A stretch of 47,952 bases of DNA from contig NC_068996.1 in the NCBI RefSeq assembly GCF_001194135.2, positions 43,901,148 to 43,949,099 on the forward strand, given 5' to 3'. Position 1 is the first letter of the stretch. Every line of letters starts with the position of its first letter. Source of the DNA: Octopus bimaculoides. Taxonomy: Eukaryota. Under the pieces are notes generated by a model. That model did no database searches, was not told the origin of the DNA, and saw only the letters and a list, made by a program, of their open reading frames with translations. Made by a program: the position numbers and the translations under genes. Below, in pieces: positions 24,858 through 36,245 of the stretch.

Positions 24858-25060
24858 ACAGGCCATATCCAGCCCAAGTATTTGATTTTTATGTTTAAAC
24901 TGACCGGATTTGTCCAATCAAACTTACCCTTCAATATTGTCTTCAAAAATAAATTATCAAAATCTGAAAGATAATCTGTGAGATAATGCATGATCAATTC
25001 AAAACAATATGAATAAATAAGCTTTACATTTGAAAGAGTAATCAGAATGCTAAATGGTTA
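24858..25060. mobile_element. Second piggyBac-type MITE family (other pieces at ~19415-19515 and 29102-29675)
   Basis: Shared end ...gaataaa.aagcttta.atttga.agagtaatc.gaatgctaa..ggttaa; left end ttaaccctttagcatt at 29100. Confidence 0.7.
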
Positions 25061-25459
25061 ATGTCCTTTCATTTGAGTAACAGAATCCTTTCTGTTGTTG
25101 TCACAGTTTTATATTTTTCAAAATTTTGTTCGTTTTGTTTTTAAATTCAGTGTGCTGATGTAGTTTTGTATGCTAATTATGGAAATGAAATTCATTCCCC
25201 CCATCAATTAATAGATAAAAAGTTAACAGCTTTTGAATAATTTTAGCCAGTTGAAAGCCAGACATATTGGTGCCTGTTTCCATAGCAACAAACCAAGCTG
25301 TAGTCTGCTCATCCCAAAAAGGATGCAACGAGTGTGGGTCTGTCAGAAAAAATACATGGTTGGAAGGTTGCTCCTTTCTTCTTAGGACTGTACTGTTTTT
25401 TTTTTTCCCTTTACTTATGGTCAAGGACTTCAGTCTGGTTTTGTGTTGAAGAACTGTGT

Positions 25460-27235
25460 TGCAGAACTGCCAAATGTAGACCCAAGTAAGGGACCAGTTA
25501 TCTGAATCAACAGTAGCTTGGTAGATAAAGCAATTTAAGGATATGAAGACAGGGAAAGCCCCTGGCCCATCACTGATAAGATACTTAAAATATCTGGCAG
25601 AGTAGGATATAGCCTAGTCACCTGTATAGTTAATCAGGTTGTCCACAAGGGAGACAGAAAGAATTACAGAGGCACCAAATTCCTGGGCCAGGTGATGAAA
25701 GTTGCAGAAAGGATCATAGCTGAATTAATTAGGAAGAGAGTTAGTATAGATGAGATGCAGTTTTGATTTGTGCCAGGCAGGAGCACAATATGCTATCTTC
25801 CTGATTAGACAACTGCAGGTGAAGTATTTAGCCAAAAACAAACCTCTGTACCTGGCTTTTGTTGACATGGGGAAAGCCTTTGACAGAGTCCCTTGATCCC
25901 TTATCTGGTGGTCAATGTAGATGCTAGGGACTGATGAGTGGTTAGTGAGAGTGTTACAAGCCATGTACAGAGATGCTGCAAGTAAGGTGAAGGCTGGTAA
26001 TGAATATAGCTATAAATTAGGTGTACAGGCAGGAGTTCACCAAGCCTCAGTTCTCCGCCTGCTTCTCTTTATTTTAGTCCTCCAGGCCTTAACAAAACTG
26101 GCTGTCCCTGGGAGCTCCTCTACGCTGATGAGTTTGTTCTTATAACTGAACCACTACCTGACCTACAGAAGAAATCTCAGTTGTGGAAACATGGTCTGGA
26201 ATTTAAGGGCCTTAGAATTAATTTAGCAAAAACCAAAGTCCAAAGGAAACAAAACAAATCACAAGCCCCTTATGGGAGATGGCTCTGAAGGGTGTTGGTA
26301 GAAACTCCGTACATTGTACCCAGTGCAAACTTTGGACACATAAAAGGTGTAGTGGTATCACAGGAAGGTTAACAGAGAAAACAATTTTTGTATGTAGCAA
26401 ATGTGCAGGTACAATAAGCACTAAAAATATGCAGACAATAGGCACCTTAAATGCTTGGGTATCATTAGAAGTAGTAGATAGCTTCTGTAACTTAGGAGAC
26501 TAAGTTAGCAGTGGAGGAGGAAGTTCTGAAAGTCTAGTTGCTAGAATAAGAATGGGCTGGGCAAAGTTCAGACAGCTTCTATCTTTGTTGGAACTAAAGA
26601 CTGAAAGGCAGATTGTATGATGCCTATGTACATACAACTATGTTACCTGGCAGTGAAACATGGGCTTTGACGACAGAGGACCTGCGTAGGCTTGAAAGAA
26701 ATGAAGCTAACAGACTGAATGGGTGATGCCAGTGTGTACACATGAGAGTGTAAATGATTTAACAGGAAAACTGGGTAGAAGAGGCATCAAATGCTGTATG
26801 CAAGAGAGATGACTGCTCTGATATGGTCGTGTGATGTGTATGAATGAGGACAACTGTAAAGAAGTGCTGAGGTCTAATTGTTGAGGGTACCTGTGGAAGA
26901 GGTAGACCCAGGACGATATAGAATGAAGTGGTGAGAAAGGATCCTTGGATGCTTGGCCTTACTGAGGAAATGACAAGGGACCAGGAGATGTGGCAGTTTG
27001 CTGTACTTCATAAGACACATCAAGCTAAGTAGAACTACTGTCTTCCACACATACAGGCTTATCCTTTCAGGTGCCGGTGCCACTTAAAAAGTACCCAGCA
27101 CACTCTGTTAAGTGGTTGGCGTTAGGAAGGGCACCATGCCATAACAGACAAGTTGGCGTCTGGACAGCTCCATGTCAAACTGTCCAACCTTTGCCAGCAT
27201 GGAAAGTGGACGTTAAACAACATTGATAATGATTA
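25460..27235 (+). mobile_element. 5'-truncated, decayed RTE-clade LINE (RT domain, ORF2 C-terminus, 3' UTR)
   Basis: Frames give VMKVAERIIAELIRKRVSIDEMQF, LYLAFVDMGKAFDRVP, VQAGVHQASVL..LLFILVLQAL, LLYADE and SETWAL; the 3' tail ends ccagcatggaaagtggacgttaaac plus a (gat)n-like tail; many stops and frameshifts. Confidence 0.92.
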
Positions 27236-27994
27236 ACATAAGCAAAGAAAATGGATCCTTTTTGGTTGCTGTCACAGATTTGGATATTTCTAAAGTGGGT
27301 GAAAATTTTCAAAGATAGTATATTGATTTGATTTTTCACACTGAAGCTCAGTTTGGGATTAAGCTGTTTTGCAGAAAAATTTTTTAAAAAAGTTTCGAAG
27401 TTTGATCANNNNNNNNNNTGGGATTAAGCTGTTTTGCAGAAAAATTTTTTTAAAAAGTTTCGAAGTTTGATCAATTTTATAGTCCAGTCAGAAAACATGG
27501 ATCGGAAGCTGGCATATTTTACTTGATAGCTGTCTGCCCCAAAATGACAGACAGAAATAACAACAGGCACAAAATGAAATCACCTGTCAAAACTTGTGGT
27601 GGTGGATGCGATGGTGAAAGTGTGACAGTCAGGCAAGTACATCCTTGTTACAATGAAAACAGGGGAGAGTACAGCTTTGTTACAATGGAAGCAAGCCATC
27701 AATGTGACATTTATGGTCATGCGTGTAATGGTGGCTTTCAATTGACTAAAATTAACCTAAAATTTGCAAATTGTAAAAGCTATTAACTTATTAATTTATG
27801 GTAAAATTGACGTTCATTTTCATAGTTAGCATTCAGACTTAAATCAGTATACAATTGGAACAAAATTTGCAAAAATGTGAAATCTGTGACTGCAACTGAA
27901 AAGATCCAGGAAAATATGGATTACCTACGAAGGCAATAATTAGCTCTTGAATTTCTAACTCTAAACCACTCTACCTTCATAATAGCCTTCTCTA

Positions 27995-28617
27995 AGCACT
28001 CGTGCAGTGCCATATTAAAAGCACCTAGTGCTCACTATTAAGTGGTTAGCGTTAGGAAGGGCATCCAGCTGTAGAAACCAAGCCAAGTCAGACTGGAACC
28101 TGGTGCAACTCTCTAGCTTGCCACCTCTAGCACTCAGCACACACTATAAAGTGGTTGGCACTAGGAAGGGCATCCAGCTGTAGAAACCAGGCCAGATCAG
28201 ACTGGAACCTGGTGCAGCTCTCTAGCTTGCCACCTCTAGCACTCAGCTCACACTATAAAGTGGTTGGCATTAGGAAGGGCATCCAGCTGTAGAAACCAGN
28301 NNNNNNNNNACCTGGTGCAACTCTCTAGCTTGCCACCTCTAGCACTCAGCACACACTATAAAGTGGTTGGCACTAGGAAGGGCATCCAGCTGTAGAAACC
28401 AGGCCAGATCAGACTGGAACCTGGTGCAGCTCTCTAGCTTGCCACCTCTAGCACTCAGCTCACACTATAAAGTGGTTGGCATTAGGAAGGGCATCCAGCT
28501 GTAGAAACCAGGCCAAGTCAGACTGAAACCTGGTGCAGCTCTCCAGCTTGCCAACTCCATTCAAACCGTCCAACCCAGGCCAGCACGGAAAACAGATGAT
28601 AAAGGATGTTGATGATC
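27995..28617 (+). repeat. Tandem array (about 5 units, 109-bp period) derived from the RTE tail
   Basis: Units start aagtggtt at 28040, 28149, 28258, 28361 (gap-shortened) and 28470. Confidence 0.9.
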
Positions 28618-29126
28618 TTGTCCAGTAAATTTTGATCAAAAGTGTTCTAGTTTTTATTTCATTTTATTGCTTTCAAGGCACAGTATCTTTCATATTTCAT
28701 TATCCAATGTGACATTTTTTTCTGGCGGCAGTCAACAATGTCCATGTGTACAGCAACCAGCAACAGCACTATCCCCGGTGTGAGACGAAATACTCTGCTG
28801 TGGGCCTCAACTGAGCTTTGTAAAAGTAGGTCTACTAAGACCAAAACATGCCTGGTGACCATCCCTACTGAAGATGAGACTCGCTTCTCATTGCATGCTC
28901 CTGTTCAGTTTTTAATTGGCTTTTCGAGTTGCTTTAGTTTGACAAGATACATCACTACGGGTATAATTTTAATTAGCTTTACTACGTTATGCTAAACTGC
29001 GCTTAACTGCACTCTCCATGCAGAGGGCATCCATAGGAAAGATTCCCATGCCATTATTTTATTACCTCTCTTAGTCATCTTTATTATTGTCATATCTTTT
29101 TAACCCTTTAGCATTTTAACCAGACA

Positions 29127-29480
29127 TCATCACCGTCATTTAACGTCCGCTCTCCATGCTAGCATGGGTTAGGTGGTTTGACTGGAACTGGTAAACCAGA
29201 GAGCTGCACCAGGTTCCAATCTTATTTGGCATTGTTTCTATGGTTGGATGTGCTTCTTACATACCACCAGCATGTGTGCCATTTACATGGCTCCAGCAAT
29301 GGCCACAACTACAATTTCATGGGTGCCTTGTACATGACACTGGCAACAGCCACAACTATAGTTTCACTTGGCTTGACAAGTCATCTCAAGCCCAGCAATA
29401 TTGCTAAGGTCTCAGTTACTTGTCATCACCTCTATGAGGTCCAGCATTTGAAGATCATGCTACTGGCAATGGCCATGATC
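29127..29480 (-). mobile_element. RTE-tail element nested in a piggyBac-type MITE
   Basis: catcatcaccc..tttaacgtccgctctccatgctagcatggg; the MITE flanks it on both sides. Confidence 0.8.
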
Positions 29481-29839
29481 CATCCAAAATATTTTACCAG
29501 TTTTATATTCAAATTGATCATATCCAGTCTCTCACACCTACTCCACAATGCCATTCTAAAAATAAGCACTCGCATCATTGAAACCTCAAAGTTATGAGAT
29601 AATCCATGGTTAATTCAAAACAATGCGAATAAACAAGCTTTATATTTGATAGGGTAATCTGAATGCTAAGTGATTAAAAAACCTCAAACTCAACTTTACA
29701 AATGCTAATATCTTCGCCTGTTTAATATCAAAGACATTCCTATATTTGGTAAGATAAACACTTTAGTTGGCTGTTATTCCCGTCCTTGTTGGCTTATGGC
29801 AAAATCTTTATTTTATGTTGTTCTTTTTATAATTTTTAG

Positions 29840-29892
29840 GAAGCTGCTGAAAAACCAAAAGCCATCACTCCTGTACCAGCTAGACCAAAGAA
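29840..29892 (+). CDS. Coding exon 4 (EAAEKPKAITPVPARPK)
   Basis: Acceptor ttctttttataatttttag|; donor aa|gtaagg; 53 nt, phase 0-2, in frame with exon 3. Confidence 0.8.
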
Positions 29893-29922
29893 GTAAGGCT
29901 TTTTTTCTTTTCTTTTTTTCTT

Positions 29923-30262
29923 GCTGTGTCTTAAGAAGTTTGCTTTCCAAAAGCACATGGTTCCAGGTTCGGTGCCACTGTGTAGCACCTTGAGCAAGTG
30001 TCTTCCACTACAGCCCTGGACCAGCCAGAACTGTGTGAGTGGATTTGGTTAATGGAAATTCAAAGAAGCCCTGTGTGTGTATGTGTGTGAGAGAGAGAGA
30101 GTATATATGTAATGTGTGTGCATGTGTCTTTGTGTTTGTCCCCCACCACTGGACAACCAATGCTGGTTTGTTTACATCCCCATAACTTAGTAGTTTGCCA
30201 GAGAGAGACCAATAGAAAACAAAAAAAAAAGTGCTTAAGTTCTGGAGTCAGTGTATTTGACT
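29923..30262 (+). mobile_element. SINE family A
   Basis: Collinear copy starting ~30 nt after the exon 4 donor. Confidence 0.85.
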
Positions 30263-30266
30263 AAAC

Positions 30267-30528
30267 CAGTGGTTCTCAAGTAGGGTCTTAGGGTCTATTT
30301 GGGCCTTGGGGTGAGGGGGTTCAAGCAAAGATTTCTTTCTGCAATAAATTGGTTATATTTCTACAAAACACAAAATATTTTAACAATTTTCTGAATACAG
30401 TTCCTAATAATAATTAATTATAGAAATATAATAGGAGTTTTTTTAAAACATCAAATATTTAAGAGGGTTTGTCTGAGAAAACTAGAAATCAAAGGGGTCT
30501 ATAGATGAAAATTGGTTGGGGAACTCTG
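30267..30528. mobile_element. hAT-like MITE (a second copy at ~30779-31410 is split by SINE A)
   Basis: cagtggttctcaa ... ttggggaactctg termini; shared interior tgcaataaatt...ctacaaaacacaaaatatt; no TSD confirmed. Confidence 0.7.
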
Positions 30529-30532
30529 AAGC

Positions 30533-30640
30533 CTTTGGCAGGTGTCTTCTACTATAGCTTCGGGCCAACCAAAGCCTTGTGAGTGGATTTGGTAGATGAA
30601 AACTGAAGGAAGCCCGTCGTATATATGTGTGTGTGTGTGA
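30533..30640 (+). mobile_element. SINE family A fragment
   Basis: ggcaggtgtcttctactatagc ... gaagcccgtcgtatat. Confidence 0.85.
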
Positions 30641-30845
30641 GTGAGAGGAGGGTTTTTCCCCAATGCTAAAGTTCTGTTTGGAATAATTTGTATGAATAAT
30701 GTGAAAAATAAACAGATATGTTGATATAATAAGGGTCATTAATACTTATATGTGAGTGACACACTGTCTCCTTTAACTCAGTGGTTCTCAACCGGGGTTC
30801 ATATCACCTTTGAGTGTCCGTATAAGAATTTGTTGTTAAAATCTA

Positions 30846-31061
30846 TACTCTTTACTCTTTTACTTGTTTCAGTCTTTTGACTGCGGCCATGCTGGAGCAC
30901 CACCTTTAGTCAAGCAAATCGACCCCAGGACTTATTCTTTGGAAGCCTAGTACTTATTCTATCGGTCTCGTTAGCCGAACCACTAAGTTATGGGGATGTA
31001 AACACACCAGCATCGGTTGTCAAGTGATGTTGGGGGGACAAACACAGACACACAAACATAT

Positions 31062-31094
<33 letters not shown>

Positions 31095-31238
31095 CGACGG
31101 GCTTCTTTCAGTTTCCGTCTACCAAATCCACTCACAAGGCTTTGGTCGGCCCAAGGCTATAGTAGAAGACACTTGCCCANNNNNNNNNNNNNNNNNNNNN
31201 NAAGCAAGCTACTTACCACACAGCCACTCCTGCGCCTA
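30846..31238 (-). mobile_element. SINE family A, full length, nested in a hAT-like MITE
   Basis: Complete tail to head; the MITE sequence resumes after ...cctgcgccta. Confidence 0.92.
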
Positions 31239-32060
31239 TGTGCAATAAATTTATTATGCTTCTACAAAACACAAAATATTTCAACAATTTTGTTTATGCA
31301 ATTCCTAATAATATTTAATTACAAAAATACAAGATTTTTTTAAAGCATTGAATGGCTGTGGTGGGGTCCACTCAAGTAAAATAGTAATCAAAAGGGTCCA
31401 TAGACAAATGGTTGAGGCCCGTGGGCCGCATGCGGCCGGCAGACTTTTATCTTGTGGCCCACTTGATAATTTCTTGAAATGGGTTTATTTAAACAAACAT
31501 TTAAAAAATTTTATCAAAATTTAAAGATTGTAATGGAAAGTAAGAAAAAAAGAAATGATACTGTTTTTGCAATGATATTTCATGTTGAATCTGAACCAAC
31601 AATCATTCATTCATTCATTATTGTAATAATAGCACGAGAAAGCAAAATGCTTTCAATTCTGTCAGTACACAAGGAGCCCTATAAAGGCACCAAACAGCTC
31701 TTGAATTTCTAACTCTAGACCACTCTACCTTTATAATAGCCTTCTCTGAGCACTCATGCAGTGCCTTGTTAAAAGCACCCAGTACACACTGTTAAGTGGT
31801 TGGTGTTAGGAAGGGCATCCAGCTGTAGAAACCAAGCCAAGTCTGACTGGAACCTGTTACAGCTCTCCAGCTTGCCAGTTCCATTCAAAGTGGCCTGCAA
31901 TGTAATTCAAGTTGGCCAGGCCTGGACTAAGCCCTTCAAGGTGGTGCTCCAGAATGAGCACAGTCCAGTGACTGAAATAAGTAAAAATTAAAAGTAGAAC
32001 AAGATAAATGATATTATTTACATTCGATGGATATTTGCCCTCATCTTGTTTGTTGTTAAC

Positions 32061-32100
32061 ACGTTTCGGCTGATATACCCTCCAGCCTTCATCAGGTGTC
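32061..32100 (-). ncRNA. Hammerhead motif, second copy, probably inactive
   Basis: On the - strand: gacac-CTGATGA-a-ggctg...cagcc-GAAACGT-gttaac; 3 nt shorter after the core, so the NUH triplet and stem I are disrupted. Confidence 0.55.
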
Positions 32101-33139
32101 TTAGGGGAATTTCGAACCTGGGTTCTCATTCCAAAGGTATTTTTCAATGTTGTTGTTGTTGCTATTATTATTATTCAGGTCACTGTCTGGAATCGAACTT
32201 GGAATCTTGGGGTTAGTAGCCCGCACTCTTAANNNNNNNNNNNNNNNNNNNNNNNNNNNNNNNNNNNNNNNNNNNNNNNNNNNNNNNNNNNNNNNNNNNN
32301 NNNNNNNNNNNNNNNNNNNNNNNNNNNNNNNNNNNNNNNNNNNNNNNNNNNNNNNNNNNNNNNNNNNNNNNNNNNNNNNNNNNNNNNNNNNNNNNNNNNN
32401 NNNNNNNNNNNNNNNNNNNNNNNNNNNNNNNNNNNNNNNNNNNNNNNNNNNNNNNNNNNNNNNNNNNNNNNNNNNNNNNNNNNNNNNNNNNNNNNNNNNN
32501 NNNNNNNNNNNNNNNNNNNNNNNNNNNNNNNNNNNNNNNNNNNNNNNNNNNNNNNNNNNNNNNNNNNNNNNNNNNNNNNNNNNNNNNNNNNNNNNNNNNN
32601 NNNNNNNNNNNNNNNNNNNNNNNNNNNNNNNNNNNNNNNNNNNNNNNNNNNNNNNNNNNNNNNNNNNNNNNNNNNNNNNNNNNNNNNNNNNNNNNNNNNN
32701 NNNNNNNNNNNNNNNNNNNNNNNNNNNNNNNNNNNNNNNNNNNNNNNNNNNNNNNNNNNNNNNNNNNNNNNNNNNNNNNNNNNNNNNNNNNNNNNNNNNN
32801 NNNNNNNNNNNNNNNNNNNNNNNNNNNNNNNNNNNNNNNNNNNNNNNNNNNNNNNNNNNNNNNNNNNNNNNNNNNNNNNNNNNNNNNNNNNNNNNNNNNN
32901 NNNNNNNNNNNNNNNNNNNNNNNNNNNNNNNNNNNNNNNNNNNNNNNNNNNNNNNNNNNNNNNNNNNNNNNNNNNNNNNNNNNNNNNNNNNNNNNNNNNN
33001 NAATGTAAACAAATTAATGTTTGCTCTAGAAGCACTGAAATGTGTATTCATCATTATCAATCATCGTTTAACATTCGCTTTCAATGCTGGCATGGGTTGG
33101 ACGGTTTGACTGAGGACTGGCAAGCCAGGAGACTATAAA

Positions 33140-33590
33140 TAAGATAATTTATTTTCAAATGTATAAATGCTGATAGAACAGCAGAGACTGGATAAAATAT
33201 CCATACAAAGCAGAAAAATATGTCAGCAACCAGCCATGAGACTCGAACTTGCATCACTTTGATTACCGGTCAACTGCTTTACCAATTATTATCTTATTTG
33301 TATCGCACAATACACATTTCAGTGCTTCTTGAGCAAACACAGGTTTGTTTACATTTATTGTATTAGAATTGCAGCATTCTGCTCAGTAGCTTTATAAGTT
33401 CTAAAATTGTGGATTAATGTGTCAGCGTGCAGTTTGGCTTAATTGGTAAAGCACTTGACCGGTAATCAAAGGGATGTGAGTTTGAGTCTCTTGGCTGGTT
33501 GTTGGCATATTTTTTTCCGCTTTGTATGGATATTTTGTCCATATCAACATTTATGTTCTATCAGCATTTATGTGTTTGAAAATAAATAGT
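33140..33590. mobile_element. Inverted pair of a tRNA(Thr)-like-headed repeat (family E)
   Basis: 33433-33590 (ggcttaattggtaaagcacttgaccggtaatcaaagggatgtgagtttgagtctc...) is the reverse complement of ~33140-33288. Confidence 0.7.
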
Positions 33591-33750
33591 CTTAGGAGTG
33601 GCTGTGTGGTAAGTAGCTTGCTAACGAACCACATGGTTCCGGNNNNNNNNNNTTGGGGTTAGTAGCCCGCACTCTTAACCACTATGCCATATGCCCACGG
33701 GCATATGGCATAATGGTTAGGAATGAGAATCCAAGTTCAAACTTTCCCCA

Positions 33751-33797
33751 AGACACCTGATGAAGGCTGGAGGGTATATCAGCTGAAACGTTGTGTT
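33751..33797 (+). ncRNA. Minimal type I hammerhead ribozyme motif (PLE-type)
   Basis: agacac-CTGATGA-a-ggctg[gagggtatat]cagct-GAAACGTT-gtgtt: stem I gacac/gtgtt, stem II, palindromic ACGT stem III and a GUU triplet. Confidence 0.7.
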
Positions 33798-35209
33798 AAC
33801 AACAAACAAGATGAGGATGAATATCCATCAGTTGTAAATAATGTACATAATTTCTCATCTCTGAAATATAGAACTGTAAGATAAATGATACCACCATATG
33901 AGCTGACACAATGTGTGGTTTTCATTAAAATAGGATAGACAGTATGGAAAGTCTGCTGCTTGGACCAGTGTGGTTTCCAAGCTGGCAACAAGATTGGCGC
34001 CGACACGCAGGCTTTCATGTATTAATGCATGCACACATACACATACCAACATACCCACACTAGCATGTTGACATGCTCACACTTACCTACGCACCTGCAT
34101 TTGTGTATTTGCATGTGCACGTGCATACTGACATGTCCACACGGTCACCAACATGCTCTTACATTCTCACACATGTAAGCATACACTCACGCATGCACAC
34201 ATGCATGTTCACACGCACACAGAGACTTGTCACAAAATTAAATAAAACACTGATTTGATAAATGTAAACAAATTAATGTTTGCTCTAGAAGCACTGAAAT
34301 GTGTATTCATCATTATCAATCATCGTTTAACATTCGCTTTCAATGCTGGCATGGGTTGGACGGTTTGACTGAGGACTGGCAAGCCAGGAGACTATAAATA
34401 AGATAATNNNNNNNNNNNNNNNNNNNNNNNNNNNNNNNNNNNNNNNNNNNNNNNNNNNNNNNNNNNNNNNNNNNNNNNNNNNNNNNNNNNNNNNNNNNNN
34501 NNNNNNNNNNNNNNNNNNNNNNNNNNNNNNNNNNNNNNNNNNNNNNNNNNNNNNNNNNNNNNNNNNNNNNNNNNNNNNNNNNNNNNNNNNNNNNNNNNNN
34601 NNNNNNNNNNNNNNNNNNNNNNNNNNNNNNNNNNNNNNNNNNNNNNNNNNNNNNNNNNNNNNNNNNNNNNNNNNNNNNNNNNNNNNNNNNNNNNNNNNNN
34701 NNNNNNNNNNNNNNNNNNNNNNNNNNNNNNNNNNNNNNNNNNNNNNNNNNNNNNNNNNNNNNNNNNNNNNNNNNNNNNNNNNNNNNNNNNNNNNNNNNNN
34801 NNNNNNNNNNNNNNNNNNNNNNNNNNNNNNNNNNNNNNNNNNNNNNNNNNNNNNNNNNNNNNNNNNNNNNNNNNNNNNNNNNNNNNNNNNNNNNNNNNNN
34901 NNNNNNNNNNNNNNNNNNNNNNNNNNNNNNNNNNNNNNNNNNNNNNNNNNNNNNNNNNNNNNNNNNNNNNNNNNNNNNNNNNNNNNNNNNNNNNNNNNNN
35001 NNNNNNNNNNNNNNNNNNNNNNNNNNNNNNNNNNNNNNNNNNNNNNNNNNNNNNNNNNNNNNNNNNNNNNNNNNNNNNNNNNNNNNNNNNNNNNNNNNNN
35101 NNNNNNNNNNNNNNNNNNNNNNNNNNNNNNNNNNNNNNNNNNNNNNNNNNNNNNNNNNNNNNNNNNNNNNNNNNNNNNNNNNNNNNNNNNNNNNNNNNNN
35201 NNNNNNNNN

Positions 35210-35288
35210 CGGGCCGACCAAAACCGTGTGAGTGGATTTGGTAGACGGAAACTGAAAGAAGCCCGTTGTATATATATGTGTGTATATG

Positions 35289-35321
<33 letters not shown>

Positions 35322-35511
35322 TTGTCCCCTCCAACATCGCTTGACAACCAATGGTGGTGTGTTTACGTCCCCGTAACTTAGCGGTTCGGCAAAAGAGACT
35401 GATAGAATAAGTACTAGGCTTATAAAGAATAAGTCCTGGGGTCGATTTACTCGACTAAAGGCGGTGCTCCAGCATGGCCACAGTCAAATGACTGAAACAA
35501 GTAAAAGAGTA
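35210..35511 (+). mobile_element. SINE family A (head in gap)
   Basis: Ends 39 nt before the exon 5 acceptor. Confidence 0.92.
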
Positions 35512-35550
35512 CCTCTCAAAATACTGATTATTTTTGTTATCCGTTTCTAG

Positions 35551-35630
35551 GAGAATGAGAATGAGAAAAAAAGTTAGTTCCAGAATTGAAAACACTATTA
35601 AAACGATTGAGATGAAAATGATGTCCGATG
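35551..35630 (+). CDS. Coding exon 5 ((K)RMRMRKKVSSRIENTIKTIEMKMMSD)
   Basis: Acceptor tttttgttatccgtttctag|; donor gatg|gtaagt; 80 nt, phase 2-1, in frame with exon 4. Confidence 0.85.
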
Positions 35631-35968
35631 GTAAGTTATTTAATCTTACTATTTAGCTATTAACACCATTGTATTCTTGGTTGTTTATTGTTGATACTTA
35701 CTATATATACGCATGTGTGTAAGATGTGCTTCTTTTTATTCTTGAATCTAACAATTAATTGGTATGTATCCTATGCAACCGTATTACAGATGGGTTATGA
35801 TGAAACACAATTTTGTTATTTGGGGTGGGGGTTCCCTTATAAAATATACTTTCTTTCTACAAAAATTAGGGATTTGTTTTATGCAATAGTCTATCTTAAA
35901 CACCAGTTGATACAGTAACCACATGTGAGTCTGATCTTGAGGTTATTCAATCAAAGACTTTACATAAT

Positions 35969-36211
35969 CTCTTTTACTTGTTTCAGTCATTTGACTGTGG
36001 CCATGCTGGAGCACCGCCTTTAGTCGAGCAAATCGACCTCACAACTTATTCTTTGTAAGCCTAGTACTTATTATATCGGTCTATTTTGCCGAACTGCTAA
36101 GTTACAGGGACGTAAACACACCAGCATCGGTTGTCAAGCGATGTTGACGGGGGGGATAAACACAGACACACAAGCATATACACACACACACACANNNNNN
36201 NNNNNNNNNNN

Positions 36212-36245
<34 letters not shown>

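Larger units (their letters stand above)
32008..33848. mobile_element. Penelope-like (PLE)-related non-autonomous element bounded by inverted hammerhead-containing ends, with tRNA-derived inner heads; interrupted by gaps and nested insertions
   Basis: 32008-32130 is the reverse complement of ~33720-33848; tRNA-like head at 32177-32232 (-) and 33654-33719. Confidence 0.7.

Noticed and set aside
27352-27473. Direct repeat tgggattaagctg...gtttgatca on both sides of a 10-N gap (similar at 5725-5830)
   Set aside because: Typical unmerged contig overlap.
28040-28560. CRISPR-like appearance of the 109-bp array
   Set aside because: Whole units repeat with no unique spacers, they derive from the LINE tail, there are no cas genes, and the context is eukaryotic.
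28700-28815. Coding-looking stretch FLAAVNNVHVYSNQQQHYPRCETKYSAVGLN
   Set aside because: No usable splice sites, followed by multiple stops; probably a decayed repeat or chance.
32177-33500. tRNA-like sequences as functional tRNA genes
   Set aside because: Acceptor stems and T-arms are broken, and they are joined to repeat bodies, so they are SINE-type heads.
34261-34407. Exact copy of 33002-33147
   Set aside because: Both copies abut N gaps and are identical, so a scaffolding overlap is more likely than a real duplication.
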